Shown here: piece by piece, positions 9,720 to 18,446 of the stretch
Numbering within the stretch: position 1 is the stretch's first letter
Layout of the letters: the number at the start of each line of letters is the position of its first letter
NCBI GenBank assembly: GCA_964576795.1
Contig: CAZNWT010000005.1
Coordinates: 17,696-81,695 of the forward strand
DNA: 64,000 bases
From: an uncultured Victivallales bacterium
GTDB lineage: Bacteria; Verrucomicrobiota; Kiritimatiellia; UBA8416
Reading direction: 5' to 3'
Notes under the pieces: generated by a model
The model's input: only the letters and a program-made list of their open reading frames with translations
Databases searched by the model: none
What the model was told of the DNA's origin: nothing
Translations under genes and position numbers: made by a program

Positions 9720-11066
9720 ATGGTCGATGAACTGACTCAAGTTGAAGATAAAAATCTGTCCGAGCTTGATGAGCTACGCGAAGCGATTAGCACTGAACAA
9801 GGGCAGGGCCGTCGGGTCATGCTCTGGTTCATCACGGTATTCCTCTTTATTCTTTTGGTCGTGTTGGCCATGTTCCTTTTTTCTGGAATCTATATCCTGC
9901 GTAACTCCCAGCAAATGGTTAATGCTGTCGAGGATGTTGGTGATATGGCAACCGTCAACACCTTTCATCTCAGTAGTTTTACAAACAGACTTGCGCAGAT
10001 TGAGGGCGTCCAGATGCGCATCTCGGCAAAGCTCAATTCTGCAGACTTCGCCCGGGGGCAGGGATTTGATGCATTGGCATCCGAGCAACGCAAGCATGCA
10101 AAATGGATTGATGCGCGAGATGCTGCCGTTGAGCGCGACAAGCGTAACATCAATGATAGACTGCTTAAGCTTGGTGAACAGAATGCAGTAAACGCCCGTC
10201 AGCTTGCAGAAATTCAGAAGAAATTGGATCAGTTTGTTTCTGCAGGAGGCGTCGTTGTGGTGCCTGGCAATACAACATCGAAAATGTCCACTACGTCAGC
10301 TCCGGGAGAGGGTGATGCCGCCGAGTTGGTGGATTTTGGCATTATATCTCAGGAGTCCCTTGACGAGATGTTTACGGCGGCGTTGGCGTCTGTTGCTGAT
10401 CCCGTTCGTGAGCGGGATACCCCCGAGACCATATCTGTGGTGACATTTCCGAATGAGGATCGCTACGAAGGTGAATTTGTGAACGGGCTGATGCATGGCT
10501 GGGGATCGTACACCTACAAAAACGGCGATTGCTATGAAGGGGAATATGCGAATGATCTTAAGCAGGGGCGTGGGACGCTCACAACTGTTAATGGGGAGCG
10601 CTATGTTGGCGAGTTTGCCAACGACATGAAACAGGGAAAAGGCAGCCTCTCGTGTGCTGATGGGTTGCGATACATTGGCGATTTTCGAGACGACTTGATG
10701 ACGGGGAAAGGTGTGGCCTTTTACGCGAATGGAAACAAGTATGCCGGCGATTTTGTCAACGGGGTCCACCATGGGCGTGGTGCGCTTCGGTTTTTCAATG
10801 GTGACATCTACGATGGCGAATTTCGTAATGGCGTACGTACCGGGCGTGGTGCATATGCGTTTTCCGATGGTGGGCGTTACATGGGGGAATTTGTAAACGG
10901 CGTTCGTCATGGTATGGGCCGCTATATCTACCCCGATGGTGCCGAGTATATTGGCCCCTTCAAAAATGGCAAGAAGCATGGCGAAGGGATTCGTGTTTAC
11001 CCTAATGATGCCCGTCTTAAGGGACTATGGCGCGATGACGAATTCATCCGTGATCTTCAGAAATAA
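9720..11066 (+). CDS. Membrane-anchored protein with 8 tandem MORN repeats
   Basis: Single TM (VMLWFITVFLFILLVVLAMFLF), a coiled-coil region, then eight 23-aa repeats of the YxGEFxNGxxHGxGxxxxxxGxx MORN pattern at 10441-10995. Confidence 0.8.
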   Translation: MVDELTQVEDKNLSELDELREAISTEQGQGRRVMLWFITVFLFILLVVLAMFLFSGIYILRNSQQMVNAVEDVGDMATVNTFHLSSFTNRLAQIEGVQMRISAKLNSADFARGQGFDALASEQRKHAKWIDARDAAVERDKRNINDRLLKLGEQNAVNARQLAEIQKKLDQFVSAGGVVVVPGNTTSKMSTTSAPGEGDAAELVDFGIISQESLDEMFTAALASVADPVRERDTPETISVVTFPNEDRYEGEFVNGLMHGWGSYTYKNGDCYEGEYANDLKQGRGTLTTVNGERYVGEFANDMKQGKGSLSCADGLRYIGDFRDDLMTGKGVAFYANGNKYAGDFVNGVHHGRGALRFFNGDIYDGEFRNGVRTGRGAYAFSDGGRYMGEFVNGVRHGMGRYIYPDGAEYIGPFKNGKKHGEGIRVYPNDARLKGLWRDDEFIRDLQK

Positions 11067-11149
11067 GCGGTTGTTGTAGAGCCTGAGTTCTGCCTTTATA
11101 ACCACGGATGGGCATGGATTGGAGCGTCTCTAGGTGTTCAACACACCTG

Positions 11150-11226
11150 CGGGGCGAGGGCGCCCCACCCCCATTATTGCAAGAATATGTTTGACTGCAG
11201 AAATGGAGGTGGACCGCCCTCGTTCC
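11150..11226. repeat. ~77-bp dispersed element with inverted termini, copy A
   Basis: ggggcgagggcgcccc…ccattattgcaagaa…aatggaggtggaccgccctcgttccg. It is ~85% identical to the copy at 14842-14917. Confidence 0.7.
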
Positions 11227-11276
11227 GAATATCTGTCCATTATTTCCAATTTTGCATTTTCCAATTTCAAATCTAC

Positions 11277-11304
11277 CCTAAGGGAAACCCTTAGGTCTTT
11301 TTTT
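11277..11304 (+). terminator. Rho-independent terminator
   Basis: The perfect hairpin cctaaggg-aaa-cccttagg is followed by tcttttttt. Confidence 0.7.
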
Positions 11305-11305
11305 G

Positions 11306-11334
11306 TTGACTATCGGTGTCGCTTTTGAAATAAT
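11306..11334 (+). promoter_or_regulatory. Putative σ70-type promoter for the secreted-protein cassette
   Basis: TTGACT, a 17-nt spacer, then AATAAT, about 200 nt upstream of the 11536 start codon. Confidence 0.3.
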
Positions 11335-11461
11335 CTAATCAGCTTAAGGAACAGCCTTAGTTGGAGGATGAGCGATGTTAGTTGGAAGATGCCATTTTTG
11401 GATACCGAAAATGAGGCACTTTCTTGTTGCACGAAATCGACGATAGTGCCGCAATTAAACC

Positions 11462-11496
11462 GTACTAAGGGAAACCCCTAGTACTGCTATTTTGAG
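11462..11496 (+). promoter_or_regulatory. Second near-identical hairpin plus U-tract in the 5' leader (attenuator-like)
   Basis: gtactaaggg-aaa-cccctagtac is followed by tgctattttg. It lies ~40 nt upstream of the RBS (gagaggga) and ATG at 11536. Confidence 0.4.
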
Positions 11497-11535
11497 TCTA
11501 GAGGTTAGAAAACAACTAGAAGAGAGGGAGTAATA

Positions 11536-12888
11536 ATGAAACGATTGACTGAGTATTTAGGGGTATTTCTGCTTGGGTTAGTATTGACCACTGCCGTAGC
11601 CCGCGCAGCAGTAAGTTTACCGTTTAGTGATGGTTTTGAGGATCAAGCCATCGGTGCCGCTCCATCGAATGTCTGGGTGATAGGAGCTGCTGATATCTAT
11701 GTTACGAATACCTCCCCGGCCATCGGCACTCAATCTCTCCAAATGGATGAGGGCGATGAGGACCCGGAGCTTACGCTTGCGGTAGGCGGAGGGGAGAGCA
11801 ACGTTTACTGGGTTGGCTCGGCAAAGGTCACGAAGGGTTCATCCGATCCCAGCATCGGCACCTCGGTGGCCGCCTTCTACATCACTACCAACAATGTGGT
11901 TCGGGCGAGTGATGGCGGAGACTGGACAAATTTGTATACACTTTCCAAGGATGCCGAAACTAACTGGATTAGCTATGCCGTGCATTTGGACTATACCAAC
12001 GGGATCGGGATGTGGGATCTCTACTTGGCTGAAACGAATAGTGCCGCAAAACTCACAAAGCGTAACTCGGCCCCGCTGGATTTTGCTGCCCAGGGAGCCG
12101 GTCTTGTAGAATTCGAGGTCACCGGAAATACGTCTCTTGATGCCGTCGCTATGAATATTGGATTCACGGCTGTGGGCGTTGCAACCTCGCCTGATGAACT
12201 TTCGGTAAGAACCGCCTCGCACAACTCAAACATATGGTATTCAGCGCGTGTGGGCGATGTTGGGGCGGCTAAATTTTTGGAGCCGGATGGCGATTACCTG
12301 AAGGAAGGGCTCGCTGTCGGCGATATCATCAAGTTCTACGATACCGATGCCTGGGAGACGTATAAGATTGAAGAACTCGGTGGTGTTCGCGTGTGGAGTG
12401 CGGTGAATTCAGCCGCTACTCCTATACTGTCTACTACTCAGAAGGTTGCAGGTGCTATGCCGATTACCAATGGTATTCCCTACTGGATTGTATATGCCAG
12501 TACAGCGACTGATGTCCCTCTGTTCTTCCCGTATGACCATGATCCGGCAGTGATAGCAGAAGAAACGCTTAGTATGGGCAGTTGCACGATTAATTCAAAC
12601 GGAACCGCCGCTGGTTGGACTACGCTCAGGTGGACATCGGCCAACACGCGGTCCCTGACCGCAGCCGGGTTGACGGATGCTGGTTTTGATCCAGATGTCC
12701 CTGACGGGATGGTGTGCATCTCAATCGAAAGTGGCACATGGAAATTTGTGCGCTCGGTGTGGGATAATGGCCAAGACCGCTGGGAGGTCCGTGGGGGCAA
12801 GGTTTCAACTGATGTATTTCAGCCAGACGAGGAAATCTGGTTATACAATCCAGGTGACGATGATATCACTTGGACAATCATCGATTAG
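11536..12888 (+). CDS. Secreted protein of unknown function
   Basis: Sec signal peptide MKRLTEYLGVFLLGLVLTTAVARA and a G/S/T/W/D-rich mature region. The RBS is gagagggag. Confidence 0.6.
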   Translation: MKRLTEYLGVFLLGLVLTTAVARAAVSLPFSDGFEDQAIGAAPSNVWVIGAADIYVTNTSPAIGTQSLQMDEGDEDPELTLAVGGGESNVYWVGSAKVTKGSSDPSIGTSVAAFYITTNNVVRASDGGDWTNLYTLSKDAETNWISYAVHLDYTNGIGMWDLYLAETNSAAKLTKRNSAPLDFAAQGAGLVEFEVTGNTSLDAVAMNIGFTAVGVATSPDELSVRTASHNSNIWYSARVGDVGAAKFLEPDGDYLKEGLAVGDIIKFYDTDAWETYKIEELGGVRVWSAVNSAATPILSTTQKVAGAMPITNGIPYWIVYASTATDVPLFFPYDHDPAVIAEETLSMGSCTINSNGTAAGWTTLRWTSANTRSLTAAGLTDAGFDPDVPDGMVCISIESGTWKFVRSVWDNGQDRWEVRGGKVSTDVFQPDEEIWLYNPGDDDITWTIID

Positions 12889-12922
12889 AAGCGTGTGAAT
12901 TCCAGCAAAATAAGGAGCAATG

Positions 12923-13916
12923 CATGAAGCCGATAGAAAAAATTAAGACGGTAGTGGGTGTCTTCGTTGCGAGCGCAGTGGTACTCGCAATTATGCTGAG
13001 CGCAGAGCGTTGTCAGGCGCAACCGAGCCCCGGTGTTGAGGGCGAGGATTGGGGGGTGCTTTCTGAAGAAGGGGCGGCAACCGTTTCCTATGGCGTTGAT
13101 GCGGTATCTGTTGATTTCGCCGCACGCAATACGTTAACACAACCGACTGCGAAGTACCGAACGATTTCCGTTTGTGTCGGTACCCAGAGCCCATTGTTCA
13201 CGGGAAATTATACGGATTCTGGGGTAACGGGCGTGGGATTCAGTCTGGCCGGAGTGGGCGAGGCGAAACCGGGCGTGATGGTTACGCTGGTAGGAAAAAA
13301 TGACCTGACATGGTATAATAGTTCAGTTGAGCTGAGCGAAGTGGATGGCGAGTGGCAGCCGAACAACATTTCATTTGAATATGAAGATGGATGGTATCGC
13401 GATGCTTTCAACACGGAAGCCAATTGGAATGCAGCCCTAACGGATGTGAAGTCTATTAGCGTGTATATTATGCAAAGTGGAAACCCTGCGCAGACCGGCT
13501 ATTTAAAGAGCTTCAGACTCCTGAACGCTCAGCAGACCGCCACTACCGCGGGGACACTCACGGCCCGTGTTCTTGCTTGGTTTGGGGTTGAGAATGAGCG
13601 CGATGCCGACAGGGGGCTTGATTCTGACGGCGATGGCATTTCAGACTACCTTGAGATTACAATGACGGAGACGGATCCGGGCGATGCGAATTCTGTTCTG
13701 AAAGTCGATGTGCAGAGGTTAGCGGTGGGGCTGCAATTGAAATGGGTTGTTGCTACCGGCAGATTGTATGATGTGTACCGGTGTGAGAATCTGGGCTCCG
13801 ATTTTACAGTTATCGCGAGTCGCATCGAAGCACTCTCGACTGGTCTTCTTGAGTATAACGATGTGACGGCAACTGGCGAAGGCCCCTATTTCTATCGAGT
13901 TAAACAAGTACAGTAG
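12923..13916 (+). CDS. Secreted protein with a calcium-binding-like DxDxDG motif
   Basis: RBS aaggag then ATG 12923. The signal peptide is MKPIEKIKTVVGVFVASAVVLAIMLSA, and the motif is DSDGDGISDYLE. Confidence 0.55.
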
Positions 13917-13938
13917 AGGACAGAAAGGAATCGCAAAA

Positions 13939-14742
13939 ATGAATATCCATTTCAAATACGTTTTACTTTTGACGGTGGCAGTATCCATGTTTACAGCGGT
14001 GGGCGAGGCTGCGAGCATTGTCGAGGATTGGACGGCCGGTGGTATCCGAGATTGGGATATTGCGAACGCGTTAGGAGGGGCTGCTTATGGTGGGCTTACG
14101 GAAGGTTCTCTTGGTGTTGGTCACGCTAACGCACTGATCATTTCGGGAGGAGCATCGTTAGTCGGACGTAGTGATGCAATCTCAGCCGATGATGCTGGGC
14201 TTTCAACCGACTTCATCGGAAACTACGCCACTGGTGTAGGTCTTGAAGGCGGCACCATCGGTGCTATTGAAGGGCTCTCTTTTGATTTCTATGTGGATTC
14301 GGGACCGGCTTCGGGTGGCCCCAGCGGTATCACCCTGTTTTTTGATACATCGTATGACGTTGGGTCGCCTGGTGGTGGCACTTGGTTTTTGGACATCACC
14401 GGTGTTGCGAACGGATGGGGTTCTTATGGCTCAAATATCGACACGTTAAGCCTCGCTTCTGTCTCCTACGGTGACTGGTATTCTGGTGAGTTTAGCACAG
14501 TTGGCGATTGGAGCGGTTCACTGGCGTTAGTCACGGATATTGGTATTGAGCTTGATTATCTTAGCTCGATAGCTGGACAGATTTACGGTGTCGACAATTT
14601 CACGCTAAGCGAGGGTAACTTCGCGGTTCCAGAGCCTGAGACCTACCTTGTGCTCGGAATGGCGCTGCTGTCTGTTGCCGTTGTCTTCCGCAAGCGGATC
14701 AGCGAGTCTTTGGCTGAAGCTCGTGCAATGTTGATGGTTTAG
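13939..14742 (+). CDS. PEP-CTERM-anchored secreted protein (exosortase substrate)
   Basis: N-terminal signal peptide. The C terminus VPEPETYLVLGMALLSVAVVFRKR matches the PEP-CTERM motif + TM + basic tail. Confidence 0.7.
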   Translation: MNIHFKYVLLLTVAVSMFTAVGEAASIVEDWTAGGIRDWDIANALGGAAYGGLTEGSLGVGHANALIISGGASLVGRSDAISADDAGLSTDFIGNYATGVGLEGGTIGAIEGLSFDFYVDSGPASGGPSGITLFFDTSYDVGSPGGGTWFLDITGVANGWGSYGSNIDTLSLASVSYGDWYSGEFSTVGDWSGSLALVTDIGIELDYLSSIAGQIYGVDNFTLSEGNFAVPEPETYLVLGMALLSVAVVFRKRISESLAEARAMLMV

Positions 14743-14770
14743 TTACAAATATTGCTCTTAATAATTCTGA

Positions 14771-14803
14771 AAAGCCCTACCACATTGTGGTGGGGCTTTT
14801 TCA
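14771..14803 (+). terminator. Rho-independent terminator
   Basis: aaagccctaccaca-ttg-tggtggggcttt followed by ttc. Confidence 0.6.
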
Positions 14804-14841
14804 TGTCGTGGAGGTGGCCCGCTCTTGGGTTGCTTATGTCC

Positions 14842-14917
14842 GGGGCGAGGGCGCCCTAGCTCCATTGTTGCAGGATGAGGGTAGATTGCTGTAATGGAGG
14901 TGGGACGCCCTCGTCCC
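14842..14917. repeat. ~77-bp dispersed element with inverted termini, copy B
   Basis: ggggcgagggcgccctagctccattgttgcagga…taatggaggtgggacgccctcgtcccg. It sits in direct orientation relative to copy A. Confidence 0.7.
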
Positions 14918-14945
14918 GCGAGCGCAGGGAGGGGGGGGAGGGGTT

Positions 14946-15653
14946 CTATTGGTTTGCAGGCTCTACTTTCTCAACAGGTTCATCATCTTTTGAGATTGTG
15001 ATGATGTGTGAGTGATTGATGGTGGCGCGGCCTCGGAGTTGATTGAGGTAGGTATCGAGCGCGGCACGCTCGCGCTCAGCGATAACGCGTTTTTTGAGAA
15101 CATCGTGAGGCACATCTTGGGCATTGATGGCTGTGGCGTAGGCATTCACTTCCTCGTCGGTTACAAGAGGTGAATCTCTCTCGCTACGGATGCGATTGAG
15201 AAGCTTCTGAACGCGGAGCCCTGATACAAGTGTAGTATCAAGTTTGGTTTCATTTTCTTTGACATATTCATCCCATGTCATGCCCTCGGGTAATTTGGCT
15301 CTTATACGATCCAAAGCCTCTTGTTTTTCAGCTTCTGTGACTTCTATTTCCAATCTTTCTGCTTCTGATGCAAGAAGCGACTCTATTACAAAGCCATTGA
15401 TTATCGTCTTCAGCTTGCGATGTTTAATGACCCGCACCCGATCTGATGGAATATTCTGTGGAGGTTGCCCGAGTTCTTTGTTCATCCGGGTTATTGCCTC
15501 TCCCATAAGTAGTTTACGTCCATTTACTTCAACCAGCACCTCATTGGATCTGGCTTCTGCTTCTGCGGCCTTTCTCTCCTCCTGCTGTTTGTTTTGTTTA
15601 GCTGAACATCCTGAAAGTAGGATTGCGGCGAGTAAGAAAGTATATATTTTCAT
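14946..15653 (-). CDS. Periplasmic chaperone-like lipoprotein (SurA N-terminal domain-like)
   Basis: Lipobox LLSGC. The α-helical SurA_N-like region is rich in E/K/R, and no PPIase domain follows. Confidence 0.4.
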   Translation of the reverse strand: MKIYTFLLAAILLSGCSAKQNKQQEERKAAEAEARSNEVLVEVNGRKLLMGEAITRMNKELGQPPQNIPSDRVRVIKHRKLKTIINGFVIESLLASEAERLEIEVTEAEKQEALDRIRAKLPEGMTWDEYVKENETKLDTTLVSGLRVQKLLNRIRSERDSPLVTDEEVNAYATAINAQDVPHDVLKKRVIAERERAALDTYLNQLRGRATINHSHIITISKDDEPVEKVEPANQ

Positions 15654-15900
15654 CTGGGAAGCGATCTCCTTTCAAAATTGATGACGTAGTTCCACTTTGA
15701 TACGAATGCTAGCAAAAATGCGATATGGAGGGACACTCTATTCTGAAATAGGTCTGCATCTCCGAGTTGGGAAACGCCGGTGAGGGATAGTCGGGAGTGC
15801 GCTCCTGTTGTAGTGCGTCATTGCATGACGTATTCCCGACCTTCAGGCGGGCCCAGATACAATCTGGGGCTACACCTCGGAGATGCGTGCCTAAATGGTA

Positions 15901-16812
15901 TTAGAGGCTGGTGTTGATCATTTTGTATGCGATGTGGCAGCACTCGGGAGCCAAGTCGAGGTAGTGGGGCATGAAGGATGCCAGAATGGGCTGGATTTGT
16001 TCCTGTTGCTGTTGGGTGTAGCGTGGGGTTGGAAGTCGTTGGAAGTCGTGCGTGGCTTGCCAACGCCTTAGAATGGCGAGTGCATCACCGGATATGGGTA
16101 ACAGTAGGGTTCTGTTTACTGTGGGTTTGCATGCCTGACAGAGGATGCCCCCATGCGTTGTCGAGAATAGTGTGCTCCCCCCTGTGTTAACGTTTTGTGT
16201 GCAACTTGTACATTGGAGTAGTTGTGGTGGTAGCCCCAGAAGTGTAAGCATCTGAAGTTCGAACCACAAGAGGAGGGCGGGCAGATAGGTGGGAGGTGGG
16301 AGGAGGCAGGTCGATGGAGAGGCTTTCAACGCCCAACATCCAACGCCCAACGCCGAACGTCCAAGTTGGGGATTTTCTTTGCTGGATGTTGGACGTTCAA
16401 AATGAAGTTTCGAATCAGGAGCAATATGGCCAAGGCATGCTGCAAGGAGGCTGTATAGCTCAGGGGCGTGGGCACCATCGGGGGTTGCAACGGCGGCAAG
16501 ATGGCAGAGGTAGCTTATGGCAGCGGTGCGCTGCCAATCGCCGCGGCAGAGGCGCCGGGCATCAAGCGCGGTGCACTCCTTGACAATATGAAGACCGTTG
16601 TGATCACGGCTATAGAATAGGAGTTCGCACCGATAGCCGATGTCATACTGACCGAAAACAGGGCTTTTGGGGCGACAGGCACCCTTGATGGCAGTCGCAA
16701 TTTTGCCATGCTCCGGCGTCAGCCATGTAACCACATGTGAGGTGTTTGAGAAAGGGGCCACCCGTAGTGTTATGGCCTCTGTCTTGATTATTGTGGAAGC
16801 TGGCATAAACAA
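15901..16812 (-). CDS. recO: DNA repair protein RecO with an in-frame insertion
   Basis: RecO N-terminal OB-fold region (ITLRVAPFSNTSHVVTWLTPEHGKIATAIKGA) and a C4 zinc finger CTSC…x19…CQAC. At 303 aa it is ~50 aa longer than usual, and the extra segment coincides with the repeat at 16316-16388. Confidence 0.7.
   Translation of the reverse strand: MFMPASTIIKTEAITLRVAPFSNTSHVVTWLTPEHGKIATAIKGACRPKSPVFGQYDIGYRCELLFYSRDHNGLHIVKECTALDARRLCRGDWQRTAAISYLCHLAAVATPDGAHAPELYSLLAACLGHIAPDSKLHFERPTSSKENPQLGRSALGVGCWALKASPSTCLLPPPTYLPALLLWFELQMLTLLGLPPQLLQCTSCTQNVNTGGSTLFSTTHGGILCQACKPTVNRTLLLPISGDALAILRRWQATHDFQRLPTPRYTQQQQEQIQPILASFMPHYLDLAPECCHIAYKMINTSL
16316..16388. repeat. Palindromic CCAACG-rich dispersed element, copy 2 (inside recO)
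   Basis: caacgcccaacatccaacgcccaacgccgaacgtccaag…ctggatgttggacgttc. It shares ccaacgtccaa / caacgcccaac motifs with 4196-4288. Confidence 0.6.
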
Positions 16813-16958
16813 TCATTCTGCTGTTAATGATTCTGTCAAATCTCTCTTCTCATTTTTCTTTGGTTGCGGCTATGCTGCGTTAAGCCCATCCGCTGTTCAA
16901 TTGTATGTATTCGTATTTTTGTTCTTTTAGGATCGGCGAGGGGGGCACGACGTTGCCG

Positions 16959-18329
16959 TTATCCGAGAGGCAACAGCGAAACGGTGATGCCGAAATAGAT
17001 TAGCAGTGCGGCGATATCGTTGGTAATGGTGACAAAGGGGCCGGATGCAACGGCGGGGTCAACGTTTGCCTTGTTCAATATGATGGGAACCAGTGCGCCG
17101 AAAACGGCGGCAAATGACATCGAACAGAATAGTGCCAGTGCAACAACGGATGCGACAGGAAAAGCTGAGATCGTGGGGTCGGGATCTCGAATAACCCAGA
17201 TGTATGCCCAGCCTCCGATGCTAATCCCGCATATTGTACCCATAATAGCGCCCACAATAATCTCCCGAAGGAGTAGTTTTCTAATGCTCTTACCTTCCAT
17301 GCCACGGAGCGCGATGGTCCGCACAACAAGCGTTGATGCTTGAATGCCGGTATTGCCACCCATTGCGAGTACGGCCGGGACAAAGGCTCCAAGCATGATT
17401 ACTTTCACTATATGGGCGTGAAACTCCTGCAAAATCAGGCTTGTTATCAGACCGCCGAACAGTGTTACCATGAGCCATGGGAGCCGCGCGATACAACTGC
17501 GTATGGCCGAATTTGTTTCCAACTCGCTATCATCTGACCCCGCAAGATGAAAGATGTCTTCTGATGCCTCCTCTTCGATGACGTCAATGACATCGTCAAC
17601 GGTGACTCGACCGACGACGTGGCCATCATCATCAATAACGGGGATTGAGGAGATGTCGTATTGGCTCAGGTGGTGCGCAACATCCTCCTGATCGTCATTG
17701 ACGTTGGCTGCCACAAACTCGGTATGACAGAGTTCACTCAGGGGCCGGTTGCGATTCTTTTCCCTCAGCAGTTCCCATATATCTATATATCCGGTGAGCT
17801 TTCCCTGTTCATTGACAATATAGGCGTATACGAAGGGTTCTCCTTCTTCCAGATAGGCAATGGCGGCGATAGCTTCTGCCACCGTTTGATTGCTGCGCAT
17901 CGTGACGATTTCGGGGGTCATGATGCCGCCGGCAGTATCTTCGTCGTAGGCAAGCAGGCGCCGAACCTCTTCCGAATCCTCGTCATCCATCAGTTTAAGC
18001 ACTGCGGAGGAGCGCTGTTGGGAAAGTTCGCCAATGACGTCTGCGGCGTCATCGGGATCCATTTCTTCCACAATTTCAGAGAGTTCGGCGTTGGAAAGAG
18101 AGTCGATGACCTCAGACTCAGCGGCGTCATCAAGTTCTGACAGAACGTCTGGTTTTACATCATCCTTGAGAAGTGTAAACAGGTGATCCTGCGCATCTTT
18201 TGGGGCTGAATCGATGAGATCAGCGATGTCAGCGTGATGCCAGGACGCGAGCTCTGTTACAATACAATCCCATGCCTCTTCGTGGATGAGGTCAAGTATC
18301 CGGTCAATATCGGGTTGTAGCTTTGGCAT
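16959..18329 (-). CDS. mgtE: Magnesium transporter MgtE
   Basis: MgtE_N domain, two CBS domains, and a C-terminal five-TM MgtE domain (GGNTGIQASTLVVR). Confidence 0.9.
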   Translation of the reverse strand: MPKLQPDIDRILDLIHEEAWDCIVTELASWHHADIADLIDSAPKDAQDHLFTLLKDDVKPDVLSELDDAAESEVIDSLSNAELSEIVEEMDPDDAADVIGELSQQRSSAVLKLMDDEDSEEVRRLLAYDEDTAGGIMTPEIVTMRSNQTVAEAIAAIAYLEEGEPFVYAYIVNEQGKLTGYIDIWELLREKNRNRPLSELCHTEFVAANVNDDQEDVAHHLSQYDISSIPVIDDDGHVVGRVTVDDVIDVIEEEASEDIFHLAGSDDSELETNSAIRSCIARLPWLMVTLFGGLITSLILQEFHAHIVKVIMLGAFVPAVLAMGGNTGIQASTLVVRTIALRGMEGKSIRKLLLREIIVGAIMGTICGISIGGWAYIWVIRDPDPTISAFPVASVVALALFCSMSFAAVFGALVPIILNKANVDPAVASGPFVTITNDIAALLIYFGITVSLLPLG

Positions 18330-18416
18330 GTGAGTTATGTTTACATTTACACACGTAAAGAGCCATCTCGAAAGTGAACATATCGATATATTTTATGTGT
18401 ACCCCCCGTAGCCTCG

Positions 18417-18446
18417 GTCGCCAGACCGTGGATGAGCGTGGGACGA
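18417..18446. repeat. GTAGCCTCG…CGCCAG…GTGGA element, partial copy
   Basis: cgtagcctcggtcgccagaccgtggatgag aligns with 21706-21735. A degenerate partner arm catcaggaggtcatacag lies at 18594-18610. Confidence 0.5.

Noticed and set aside
10296-10979. 227-aa ORF on the minus strand
   Set aside because: It is antisense to the MORN-repeat region, and its repetitive translation mirrors the sense-strand repeats.
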